A stretch of 64,000 nucleotides of DNA from an uncultured Kiritimatiellota bacterium (GTDB lineage Bacteria; Verrucomicrobiota; Kiritimatiellia; RFP12; DVOR01), in NCBI GenBank assembly GCA_944391055.1, contig CALXSF010000004.1, positions 97,374 to 161,373 on the forward strand, read 5' to 3'. Of the stretch, positions 54,323-61,980 are shown piece by piece. The first letter of the stretch is position 1, and every line of letters begins with the position of its first letter. The position numbers and the translations under genes were made by a program. The notes under the pieces are model-generated. The model saw only the letters and a program-made list of their open reading frames with translations, ran no database searches and was not told the origin of the DNA.

Positions 54323-54766
54323 ATGCGCCTGCTCGTCCAACGCGTCACCCAAGCCTCCGTCGCCGTCGCCGGCGAGACCGTCTCCGCCTTTGAGGGCCCC
54401 GGGCTTCTGGCCCTGTGCGGCTTCGCCCCCGGGGACACCCCCGCCCAAGCCGAGCGGCTCTGCGCCAAACTCCTGCGCCTGCGCATCTTCGAGGACGAGC
54501 GCGGCGCCATGAACCGCTCCGTCCTCGACGTCGGCGGCAGCGTCATCCTCGTCTCCCAATTCACCCTCTACGCCGACACCACGCACGGCAATCGCCCCGG
54601 CTTCTCCGCCGCCGCGCGCCCCGAGGTGGCCGAGCCGCTCTACCGCCACTGCCTTGCCACCCTCCGCGCCACGCTCGGCGACCGCCTCGGCGGCGGCGTC
54701 TTCGGCGCCGAGATGGAGGTCCGCCTCCTCAACCACGGCCCCTGCACCATCCTGTTGGAGGCCTGA
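54323..54766 (+). CDS. dtd: D-aminoacyl-tRNA deacylase
   Basis: MRLLVQRV...SQFTLYAD; AAGGAG RBS. Confidence 0.9.
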   Translation: MRLLVQRVTQASVAVAGETVSAFEGPGLLALCGFAPGDTPAQAERLCAKLLRLRIFEDERGAMNRSVLDVGGSVILVSQFTLYADTTHGNRPGFSAAARPEVAEPLYRHCLATLRATLGDRLGGGVFGAEMEVRLLNHGPCTILLEA

Positions 54767-54767
54767 C

Positions 54768-56432
54768 GTGCCCTGGGTTTCCGCGCCGGCACCCGACCCC
54801 GCGCTCGTCGCCGCCATCGCCGCCGAGGCCGGGCTCTCGCCTCTTGTCGCCGCCGTCGTCGCCCGCCGCGCCCCCACGCTCGCCGAGGCCCGCCGCTGGC
54901 TCGCCCCCGAACGCGCGCCGCTCTGCGACCCCTTCGCCCTCGGCGGCATGGAGGCCGCCGTCCGCCGCATCCTCCGCGCCGTCGCCGGGCGCGAGCCCAT
55001 CACCGTCTTCGGCGACTACGACGTGGACGGCGTCACCGCCACCGCCCTCCTCGTCCAAGCCCTCGCCCAGGCCGGCGCCGCCGTCAAACCCTTCATCCCC
55101 GACCGCGAGACCGAGGGCTACGGCCTCACCCCCGCCGCCCTCGCCCGCTGCCTGGCCTATCCCCCGCGCCCCGAGCTCCTGATCACCGTCGACTGCGGCA
55201 TCTCCAGCCCCGACGAGGTCGCCTGGCTGCGCGGCCAAGGCGTGGAGACCATCGTCACCGACCACCACACGCCCCCCGGCCGCCTCCCCGAGGCCGCCCT
55301 TGCCATCGTTAACCCCCGCCTCGCCGCGCCCCCCGGCGCCGAGGGCCTCTGCGGCTGCGCCGTCGCCCTCACACTCGTCCGGGCCCTTGCCGCGCGCGGA
55401 CTCCCCGTCCGCCCGGAGGCGTTCCTCGACCTTGCCGCCGTCGCCACCATCGCCGACGTCATGGCGCTCACCGGCGAGAACCGCGCCCTTGTCGCCCAAG
55501 GCCTCCGCGCCCTCGCCCGCCCCGGCGCCAACCCCGGGCTCCGCGCCTTGGCGGACGCCCAGCGCCTGCCGACCGCCCCGACCGCCGAGCAGGTCGCCTT
55601 CGGCGTCGTCCCCTGCGTCAACGCCGCCGGCCGCCTTGGCCGCCTCAAGCTGGCCTACGGCCTCATCGGCCTGCGCAACCCGGCCTTCGCCCGCCCCCTT
55701 GTCGCCCTCAACGAAGAGCGCCGCCGCATCGAGCGCGCGCTTTTGGGCCGCATCCTCGCCGCCGACCCCACACCCGCCGGCAACCTCCTGCTCGCCGCCG
55801 GCGAGGATTTCCACCCCGGCGTGCTGGGCATCGTCGCCGCCCGCCTCGTCGAACGCTTCGGACTCCCCGTCGCCCTCGTCCGCCTCACCCCCGACGGCGG
55901 CGGCAGCGGCTCCATGCGCGCCTGCCCGCCCTGGGACGCCGTCCGCGCCCTCGACGCCGTCGCCGACCTGCTCGCCGCCCACGGCGGCCACGCCGGCGCC
56001 GCCGGCTTCACCCTGCGCCCCGGCGCCTGGCCCGACTTCGCCCGACGCCTCCCCGATGCCTTCCCCGACATCCCCGGGCAGGAGCAGACCGCCACCTGCG
56101 AGGCCGACCTCACCCACCAGCCCATCACCCTCGCCCTCTGCCGCGAACTCGAACGGCTGGAACCCTACGGCCACGGCAACCCCAAGCCCATCTTCCGCAA
56201 AGACTTCACCCTCTGCGAAGCCCGCCCCATCGGCGCCGACGGCACCCACCTGCGTCTGGCCCTCCGCCCCCTCGAAGGCGGCAACCCCCTCAAGGCCGTC
56301 TGGTTCGGCAACGCCCAAGCCGCCCGCGACTGGCGCCCCGGGCTCCGCCTCCGCGCCTGGTTCACCCTCGCCGTCGACACCTTCCGCGAGCCCGTCCCCA
56401 ACCTCATCCTCGCCGACGCCCAACCCTTCTGA
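54768..56432 (+). CDS. recJ: single-stranded-DNA-specific exonuclease RecJ
   Basis: DHH (VFGDYDVDGVTAT...DHH) and DHHA1 domains; GTG start. Confidence 0.9.
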   Translation: MPWVSAPAPDPALVAAIAAEAGLSPLVAAVVARRAPTLAEARRWLAPERAPLCDPFALGGMEAAVRRILRAVAGREPITVFGDYDVDGVTATALLVQALAQAGAAVKPFIPDRETEGYGLTPAALARCLAYPPRPELLITVDCGISSPDEVAWLRGQGVETIVTDHHTPPGRLPEAALAIVNPRLAAPPGAEGLCGCAVALTLVRALAARGLPVRPEAFLDLAAVATIADVMALTGENRALVAQGLRALARPGANPGLRALADAQRLPTAPTAEQVAFGVVPCVNAAGRLGRLKLAYGLIGLRNPAFARPLVALNEERRRIERALLGRILAADPTPAGNLLLAAGEDFHPGVLGIVAARLVERFGLPVALVRLTPDGGGSGSMRACPPWDAVRALDAVADLLAAHGGHAGAAGFTLRPGAWPDFARRLPDAFPDIPGQEQTATCEADLTHQPITLALCRELERLEPYGHGNPKPIFRKDFTLCEARPIGADGTHLRLALRPLEGGNPLKAVWFGNAQAARDWRPGLRLRAWFTLAVDTFREPVPNLILADAQPF

Positions 56433-56463
56433 CCCCGCCCCCGCCCGATGCCGCTGCGCCCCC

Positions 56464-57042
56464 TCAAACCGGCAACGCAGGCAAGGCGAATCTTCCCCTC
56501 CCCCACTCCATCAAAGCAGCGACGGAAGTATGAGAGGCGACGGGCTCGGTGGGATCCCAGATGAATTCCTTGTAGACGTTCCACGGGCTGTTGGAGAAGA
56601 GCTGCTGAACGCAGAGGTAGCCGTTGTAAAGGAACTTGGTGTAGGTGACCTGGCGGTTGCCGGCCATCTCCTTGTGGAAGACGCGCCGGCCGAGGCGGTC
56701 GTAGCCCATCGTAACGACCGTGTTCCCCTGCGTCCAGCGGATGGGGCGATTTTCGGCGTTGTATTCCACCGCCCATTCGCCCGTGTCGGTGAGCACCTTG
56801 GTCTGGTTGCCGTCGGCGTCGTATTCCGGCACGAAGGCGTCGATGGCGGTGTATTGGTTGAGCGCGTTGGCGGCGTACGCCCGCCCCTCGGCCACGGTGC
56901 GGTTGCCGATGTCGTCGTAAGCATACGTGAAGCCCTGCCCGGCGACAAACTGGTCACAGAAGTCATAGGCATAGGTCTCCGTCTTGGCAATTCCCGTGCG
57001 GCGGCCAAAACGTGGAGGCGTTGTCCGAATTGTGTATCGTAA
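56464..57042 (-). pseudogene. Rhs/YD-repeat core remnant (third, degraded copy) with no toxin tip
   Basis: YAYDDIGNRTVAEGRAYAANALNQYTAID...QGNTVVTMGYDRLGRR...KEFIWDPTEPVA is about 95% identical to the internal core of the two upstream Rhs genes, then diverges into a short unrelated tail. Confidence 0.7.
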
Positions 57043-57052
57043 CATTTGCCTC

Positions 57053-57580
57053 CTAAAGATAAGCACTATTAAAGCTAAGATTTTTCAACATCTTGACATA
57101 GGCTTCGAAGAACTCACGCAACTGGATTCGCTCATCCAAAAGTTGCTTGAGACGACGCCTCATGTTCTTAGACATTTTTACCCCATCGTTATAACATGCT
57201 ATTCTTTTTTCCACCGCAAATGGTTTTAAGAAGCCGTTTGTTACGAATGAGGCATCGCAATGTTCAGCAACATCAACGGCATTCCACAGTAGCGGGTAGA
57301 TATTGTCAAACGAGAGAGCCGGACAATATCGGGTTTTACACTGGAACGCAACACATGCGGGCTCTTTCCAGCCGCGCAAATACCAAGGTGTAAGGATGGG
57401 GCCTTTATACATTCTCTCTATTCGGAAACAATGATAATTTTCTGTGATATATAACGCATTAACCCAACAATCCAATGTATGCAACTCAACAAGAGGAGGA
57501 CTACCATCTTCGAGAGAAATGAGAGAAGACCATTTCCCCGAGAAAATAATCATTCGCGGAAATCCTAAACCCGGTTTCAT
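57053..57580 (-). CDS. Rhs-cassette small protein, paralog B of an unclassified Cys/His-motif family (candidate immunity protein for the 57582-58299 toxin tip)
   Basis: Low-GC. Start is 1 nt after the Rhs stop (TGAcATG). About 50% identical to the protein at 60241-60783, with the shared block GFPRM...LEDG...WVNAL.ITENYHCF...LTPWYLRGW..P.CVAFQCK..YCP.LSFDN.YPLLW. Confidence 0.5.
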   Translation of the reverse strand: MKPGLGFPRMIIFSGKWSSLISLEDGSPPLVELHTLDCWVNALYITENYHCFRIERMYKGPILTPWYLRGWKEPACVAFQCKTRYCPALSFDNIYPLLWNAVDVAEHCDASFVTNGFLKPFAVEKRIACYNDGVKMSKNMRRRLKQLLDERIQLREFFEAYVKMLKNLSFNSAYL

Positions 57581-57581
57581 G

Positions 57582-58299
57582 TCAATCAACACGTTTACAG
57601 TCCAAATATGTTTCGCTTGCCTCTCCGTCTTTCTCAAAGACGAGTTCTTCCACAACACGCAAAGAAGTGGAAATTTGAAATGCTTTCGCACCTGTGGAAT
57701 ATTGCAAATACCAAAGTTCATACCTTGTAAGTGTAAGTCTTGGGGAATTACCATGTATAAATGAATGTACTTGCGAAGACGTCTTCATTTCTCCACGGAT
57801 AGTCTGTCCATAGATGGGATTCAGGTTCCACGGCTGATTTTTAATCCAGTCGGGAATGTGTTTTCCAATGGCACTGTTTTGACGGATGAATTGATGGTGG
57901 ACATGTGTTCCAGGAGGGATCGAATACTGTTTACCATACCACCTCCGAGTGGCTCGCCACGTGTGGCTGCCAGTCTTCCAACACCCTTTGCCCAAGGTTG
58001 ACACCACCGATCGAAGAAGGGTTATGTCCGAAATTGCAATGCCAAGATTGAACGCACCCTGCACATAATGCCCATTGTAAAAGGCTTCATCCATGCCACG
58101 GATTGGGCCATAAACAGGAATCAACTCCTCAATCCCACTTACCGGAGGAGGCGCTGGTCTGTCCGGATCATAAAGGATGGATTCCGCCATGGCATTTGGC
58201 CCACCAAGTGTCGCCACGTCCAATCCCAAGATATCGTAAAGATAAAAACTATTCCCGCAAATCAGATAGAGGTTTCGCGAAAACTCCTCCTCCAGCGGG
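57582..58299 (-). other. Rhs C-terminal toxin domain 2 (unclassified; contains WKTGSHTWR...GTHVHHQF)
   Basis: Sequence diverges from Rhs copy 1 exactly after GRD; markedly lower GC. Confidence 0.6.
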
Positions 58300-60212
58300 T
58301 CTCTTCCGAGCCAGCGGCCATCGTTGGGGTTGTAATGGCGGTAGTTGTAGTAGACGAGGGCGAGGGCGTCGTCGTGGAACTCGGAGGAGAAGCGGAAAGG
58401 ATTGTCGGCGGCGCGGGAGCCGGTGGCGGCGACGGCGCCGAAGGGGGCGTAGTCGTAGTGGGCGACGGGCTCGTTGAAGGGGCCGACGGTGACGACGTCG
58501 GTCACGTTCTTGTTGCCGTCGTGGAGGAGGAAGGTGGCGCGTTTGGCGTTTTGGCGGAAGCAGAGGGGACGGGTCGCAACGGGCTCGGTGGGATCCCAAA
58601 TGAACTCCTTGTAGACGTTCCACGGGCTGTTGGAGAAGAGTTGCTGGACGCAGAGGTAGCCGTTGTAAAGGAACTTGGTGTAGGTGACCTGGCGGTTGCC
58701 TTCCATCTCTTTGTAGAAGACCCGCCGCCCCATGCGGTCAAAACCCATGGTGATGACTTTATTGCCCTGCGTCCAGCGGATGGGGCGGTTCTCGGCGTTG
58801 TATTCCACCGCCCATTCGCCCGTTTCCGTGAGCACCTTGGTCTGATTGCCGTCGGCGTCGTATTCCGGCTCGAAGGCGTCGATGGCGGTGTATTGGTTGA
58901 GCGCGTTGGCGGCGTACGCCCGCCCCTCGGCCACGGTGCGGTTGCCGATGTCGTCATAGGCATAGGAACGGGCGTCGGCGGAGGTCAACTGGTCGCGGAG
59001 GTCGTAGCCATACTGCTCGTCATTCTTGGAGACGCGGCGGCCGAGGAGGTCGTTGGCGTAGACATACGTGCTGAGGGCCGTCCCGTCGGGGAGGCTGTTG
59101 GTGACGGCGGTCAGCAGGTCGCGCCCCGGCTCATACGCCCATTCCGCCGTGAGGCCATTGGGATAGGTCAGCCTGGCCTTGAGGTCGGAGCCGGGCAGGT
59201 AGGCCCAGGCGAAGTTCCCGCCCTCGTTCATCGTGGCGAGGCGCCCGGTGGCGGGGTCGTAGCCCAAGGTCATCCGACGGCTGCCGCTCACGGAATAACC
59301 CGCGTCGCGCCCGTAGGCGTCGAAGTGGTGGGTGAGCGTCTTGGCGTACTCGCCCGTGATGGACTCCGTCTCCAGCTCGCCGTAGGCATTATAGCCAAAG
59401 GTGGTGGTGCCCACCGCGTCCGTCGCCTGCGCCTGACGGCCAAAGACGTCATAAACATAGCCCACCGCCGGCGTGCCGTCCGAGTACGTCTGCGACACAA
59501 GGTCGCCGTAGACATTGTAGGCGTAGGTTGTCACGTTGCCGCGCGCGTCCGTGCGCGTCGCCACCTGGCCAAGGTCGGTGAGCGTGTAGGCCACGCCATG
59601 GCCGTCGGCATACGTCTTCGAGAGCAAGGCCCCCGTGGCCTCATCGTAAGCCCACGTCGTCGAGTCGCCCTCGCCGGAAGCCTCGTCGCGGAAGGTCGTC
59701 ATGCCCACCTTCTGCCCGAACAGGTCATAATCATACACCACGGGATAGACGGCGCCACCCTCGTAGGTCTTGTTGCCGCGCACGTCGTATTCATAGACCG
59801 TCACGTTGCCAAGGGCGTTGGTGACGGCGCAGACGCGCCCCGCCTCGTCATAACCATAGGCCGTCGTCGCCCCCACGGCGTCCGTCACCGAGGCCAGGCG
59901 CCCGCGCGCGTCATACGCCCGCGCCGTCACGTTCCCGCGGCCGTCCGTCTCCGCCACCACGCGCAGATACTTGTCATAGGCCGTCGAGTTGGTCACGCAC
60001 GAAGCGCTCACCGTCTGCACCGTCACCCCATCGAGCGCCACCTCCACCGATGGGTTGCCCACCCCAGGGAAGGTCGTCGTCACCAGACCGAAGAGGGCAT
60101 TGGCGTAAGCATTGCACGAAACAACAATATCATTGCTGATATTGATCTCGCAATTGAGAAATCCTAATGTCGCTCTATAATCCCAAATATGAACTGTTCT
60201 TTGGATAAACAT
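57582..60212 (-). CDS. Rhs repeat protein, N-terminally truncated duplicate of the core, with a low-GC C-terminal toxin domain of unknown class
   Basis: YD repeats through to ...YNYRHYNPNDGRWLGRD, then a divergent 238-aa tip. The first 45 aa come from low-GC DNA. Confidence 0.8.
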   Translation of the reverse strand: MFIQRTVHIWDYRATLGFLNCEINISNDIVVSCNAYANALFGLVTTTFPGVGNPSVEVALDGVTVQTVSASCVTNSTAYDKYLRVVAETDGRGNVTARAYDARGRLASVTDAVGATTAYGYDEAGRVCAVTNALGNVTVYEYDVRGNKTYEGGAVYPVVYDYDLFGQKVGMTTFRDEASGEGDSTTWAYDEATGALLSKTYADGHGVAYTLTDLGQVATRTDARGNVTTYAYNVYGDLVSQTYSDGTPAVGYVYDVFGRQAQATDAVGTTTFGYNAYGELETESITGEYAKTLTHHFDAYGRDAGYSVSGSRRMTLGYDPATGRLATMNEGGNFAWAYLPGSDLKARLTYPNGLTAEWAYEPGRDLLTAVTNSLPDGTALSTYVYANDLLGRRVSKNDEQYGYDLRDQLTSADARSYAYDDIGNRTVAEGRAYAANALNQYTAIDAFEPEYDADGNQTKVLTETGEWAVEYNAENRPIRWTQGNKVITMGFDRMGRRVFYKEMEGNRQVTYTKFLYNGYLCVQQLFSNSPWNVYKEFIWDPTEPVATRPLCFRQNAKRATFLLHDGNKNVTDVVTVGPFNEPVAHYDYAPFGAVAATGSRAADNPFRFSSEFHDDALALVYYNYRHYNPNDGRWLGRDPLEEEFSRNLYLICGNSFYLYDILGLDVATLGGPNAMAESILYDPDRPAPPPVSGIEELIPVYGPIRGMDEAFYNGHYVQGAFNLGIAISDITLLRSVVSTLGKGCWKTGSHTWRATRRWYGKQYSIPPGTHVHHQFIRQNSAIGKHIPDWIKNQPWNLNPIYGQTIRGEMKTSSQVHSFIHGNSPRLTLTRYELWYLQYSTGAKAFQISTSLRVVEELVFEKDGEASETYLDCKRVD
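58299..60080 (-). repeat. 1.78-kb direct repeat A (Rhs core), near-identical to 61980-63761
   Basis: Long runs are identical with only scattered SNPs, for example the 59101-59160 stretch matches its counterpart near 62782-62841. Confidence 0.85.
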
Positions 60213-60240
60213 GATTAACGATTTAATTTAGTTGGGACCG

Positions 60241-60783
60241 TTACACTTGGGAGACATAGGGACTATTCATACTGTAATTTCTCACTATCTCAATATAATG
60301 AACGAAAAATTCTCGCAATGGTATCCGATTTTCAACCAACCCTTTGAGTTTTTTCTTCATTCGCTGCGACATCGGCCCACCATCCCCAAATCGGGCAATC
60401 CGAGATGTCGTTGTGAACTCGCCCAATTGATAAGCATTACATAGACTAATCGACACACATGACGCAATGTCAATAGCCCTCCATAAAAGAGGATAAACGT
60501 TATCAAACGAAAGCTGTGGACAATAACATGCCTTGCAGTGAAATGCCACACATGAAGGTTGGCACCAACCACGCAAATACCACGGTGTAAGATTTCTCCC
60601 TTTTTCCATCTTGATTATCTTGAAGCAATGATAGTTCTCTGTGATAAGCAACGCATTGACCCAATGTTTAAGCGTCGACACTGCAATCTGTGGCATTGCC
60701 CCATCTTCTAGCGTAACAACAGAGGCGAATGCCCCAGGGAAAACAACCATTCGCGGAAAACCAAACAGTGGTCTCATAATCAC
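60241..60783 (-). CDS. Rhs-cassette small protein, paralog A of the same Cys/His-motif family (possibly an orphan immunity gene)
   Basis: Low-GC; about 50% identical to 57053-57580. Confidence 0.5.
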   Translation of the reverse strand: MIMRPLFGFPRMVVFPGAFASVVTLEDGAMPQIAVSTLKHWVNALLITENYHCFKIIKMEKGRNLTPWYLRGWCQPSCVAFHCKACYCPQLSFDNVYPLLWRAIDIASCVSISLCNAYQLGEFTTTSRIARFGDGGPMSQRMKKKLKGLVENRIPLREFFVHYIEIVRNYSMNSPYVSQV

Positions 60784-60792
60784 TCCAAGCGT

Positions 60793-61404
60793 TTACAAAT
60801 TAGATAATTGATAACGCTCTTCAACTAAAATTGTTTTGAAGAATGTCCGTTTTGAAAAATGGTAACAAATCCGCCAAAGGCCCTCTTGAAAAAATGTTAC
60901 ATCTTGGGAAAATCGCACCTCCATCCCTGGCTCCAACAAGAAAATTGGTGCAACGCAAGAAACATTCCCTACTCTAACAAAAGGTTCCTTTAGAACCTCT
61001 GTTCGCAAAAAATGAATGTTGTAAAAGCCATGAAACCCAACCACTCCATCCGTCGCATAGATTCCTGCTTCGTTAAAACATCCCTCAGCATTCTCATCAA
61101 GTAAAGCCCAGCGTTTCTCTGTTACATTGTATTTCTCCACCGTAATCTCAACCGGAAGGGACGCGACATCAACAGAAACCCTGTTCTCATTTGAAAGAAT
61201 GACCCACACTGTAATTGGTTGACCGCACGAAACAATGCAAGACTTTTGACTAAAGCGACCTTGTAACAACAAATCATCAGCGGGAAAATCAATTTGCACG
61301 ATTCCCTCATCTATGTCTAAACTCGACAAACAAGAGAATTGTGACAACGCCATTATAAAAAGCCCACTTACCAATACATTTCTGAATAGACGTTCTCTTC
61401 CCAT
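60793..61404 (-). CDS. Rhs-cassette small protein with a signal-peptide/lipoprotein-like N-terminus (candidate immunity protein for the HExxH toxin tip)
   Basis: Low-GC; overlaps the Rhs stop. N-terminus LVSGLFIMALSQFSCLSS. Confidence 0.45.
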   Translation of the reverse strand: MGRERLFRNVLVSGLFIMALSQFSCLSSLDIDEGIVQIDFPADDLLLQGRFSQKSCIVSCGQPITVWVILSNENRVSVDVASLPVEITVEKYNVTEKRWALLDENAEGCFNEAGIYATDGVVGFHGFYNIHFLRTEVLKEPFVRVGNVSCVAPIFLLEPGMEVRFSQDVTFFQEGLWRICYHFSKRTFFKTILVEERYQLSNL

Positions 61405-61980
61405 TCCTGTTCACTCCCCATATTTTGTCCATGATTCGTTTCTTCGTCAAAAGTCAAATTCCGCTCATTTTGTCGGTCCCAAGCTGTTTTTCTCAACTCA
61501 TCTCGTTCTGTTTGCAACGATTTCAAGGCCTTGGCTTTTGCGCCGTCATATGTCGTTGCGCAAACACTTACCATAGGAAGCGAAGAACGCTTGTACGCAT
61601 TTAAATAGATGTTAATATGAGTTCTCTCATGTGCAAGTATCTGCCAAGACTGTTTGGCTTCTTCTGTCGCCCAACTTTTGTCTTCCAAAAAGTAAAAAAT
61701 CCATTTGGCCCGAGTAGCAATAGCCTGAACACAAATACAATCTGTATCACTGGAAACGATTGAGAAATCAATATCCGCCTCATTTATACTCATGTATGGT
61801 TGTGCCAAAACAGTTTCTGCCACACGGCCGTTTCGCGTTTCATACGATGGGATTGTTCCTTGAAAATCAGCCCACGTTATCTCTGATGCATACTCAAACT
61901 TTTTAAGTCCACGTCGATCATATTGCGAAAGGGGAGAATTATCAACGAACGAATAAAGATTGTCAGAATAATCTTCAACG
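61368..61980 (-). other. Rhs C-terminal toxin domain 1 (HExxH zinc-metallopeptidase-like)
   Basis: AHERTH motif; low GC. Confidence 0.6.

Noticed and set aside
57582-57754. 172-nt overlap between the Rhs copy-2 ORF and the 233-aa downstream ORF
   Set aside because: The overlap is resolved by using the internal Met (MKPGLGFPRM) at 57580, which lies 1 nt past the Rhs stop and marks where paralog homology begins.
57582-58299. Possible ADP-ribosyltransferase (R / S-T-S / E-x-E) or HNH assignment for Rhs tip 2
   Set aside because: Candidate residues exist (an Arg, TSS, EELVFE, and HVHH), but the spacings do not fit either fold convincingly. Left as unclassified.
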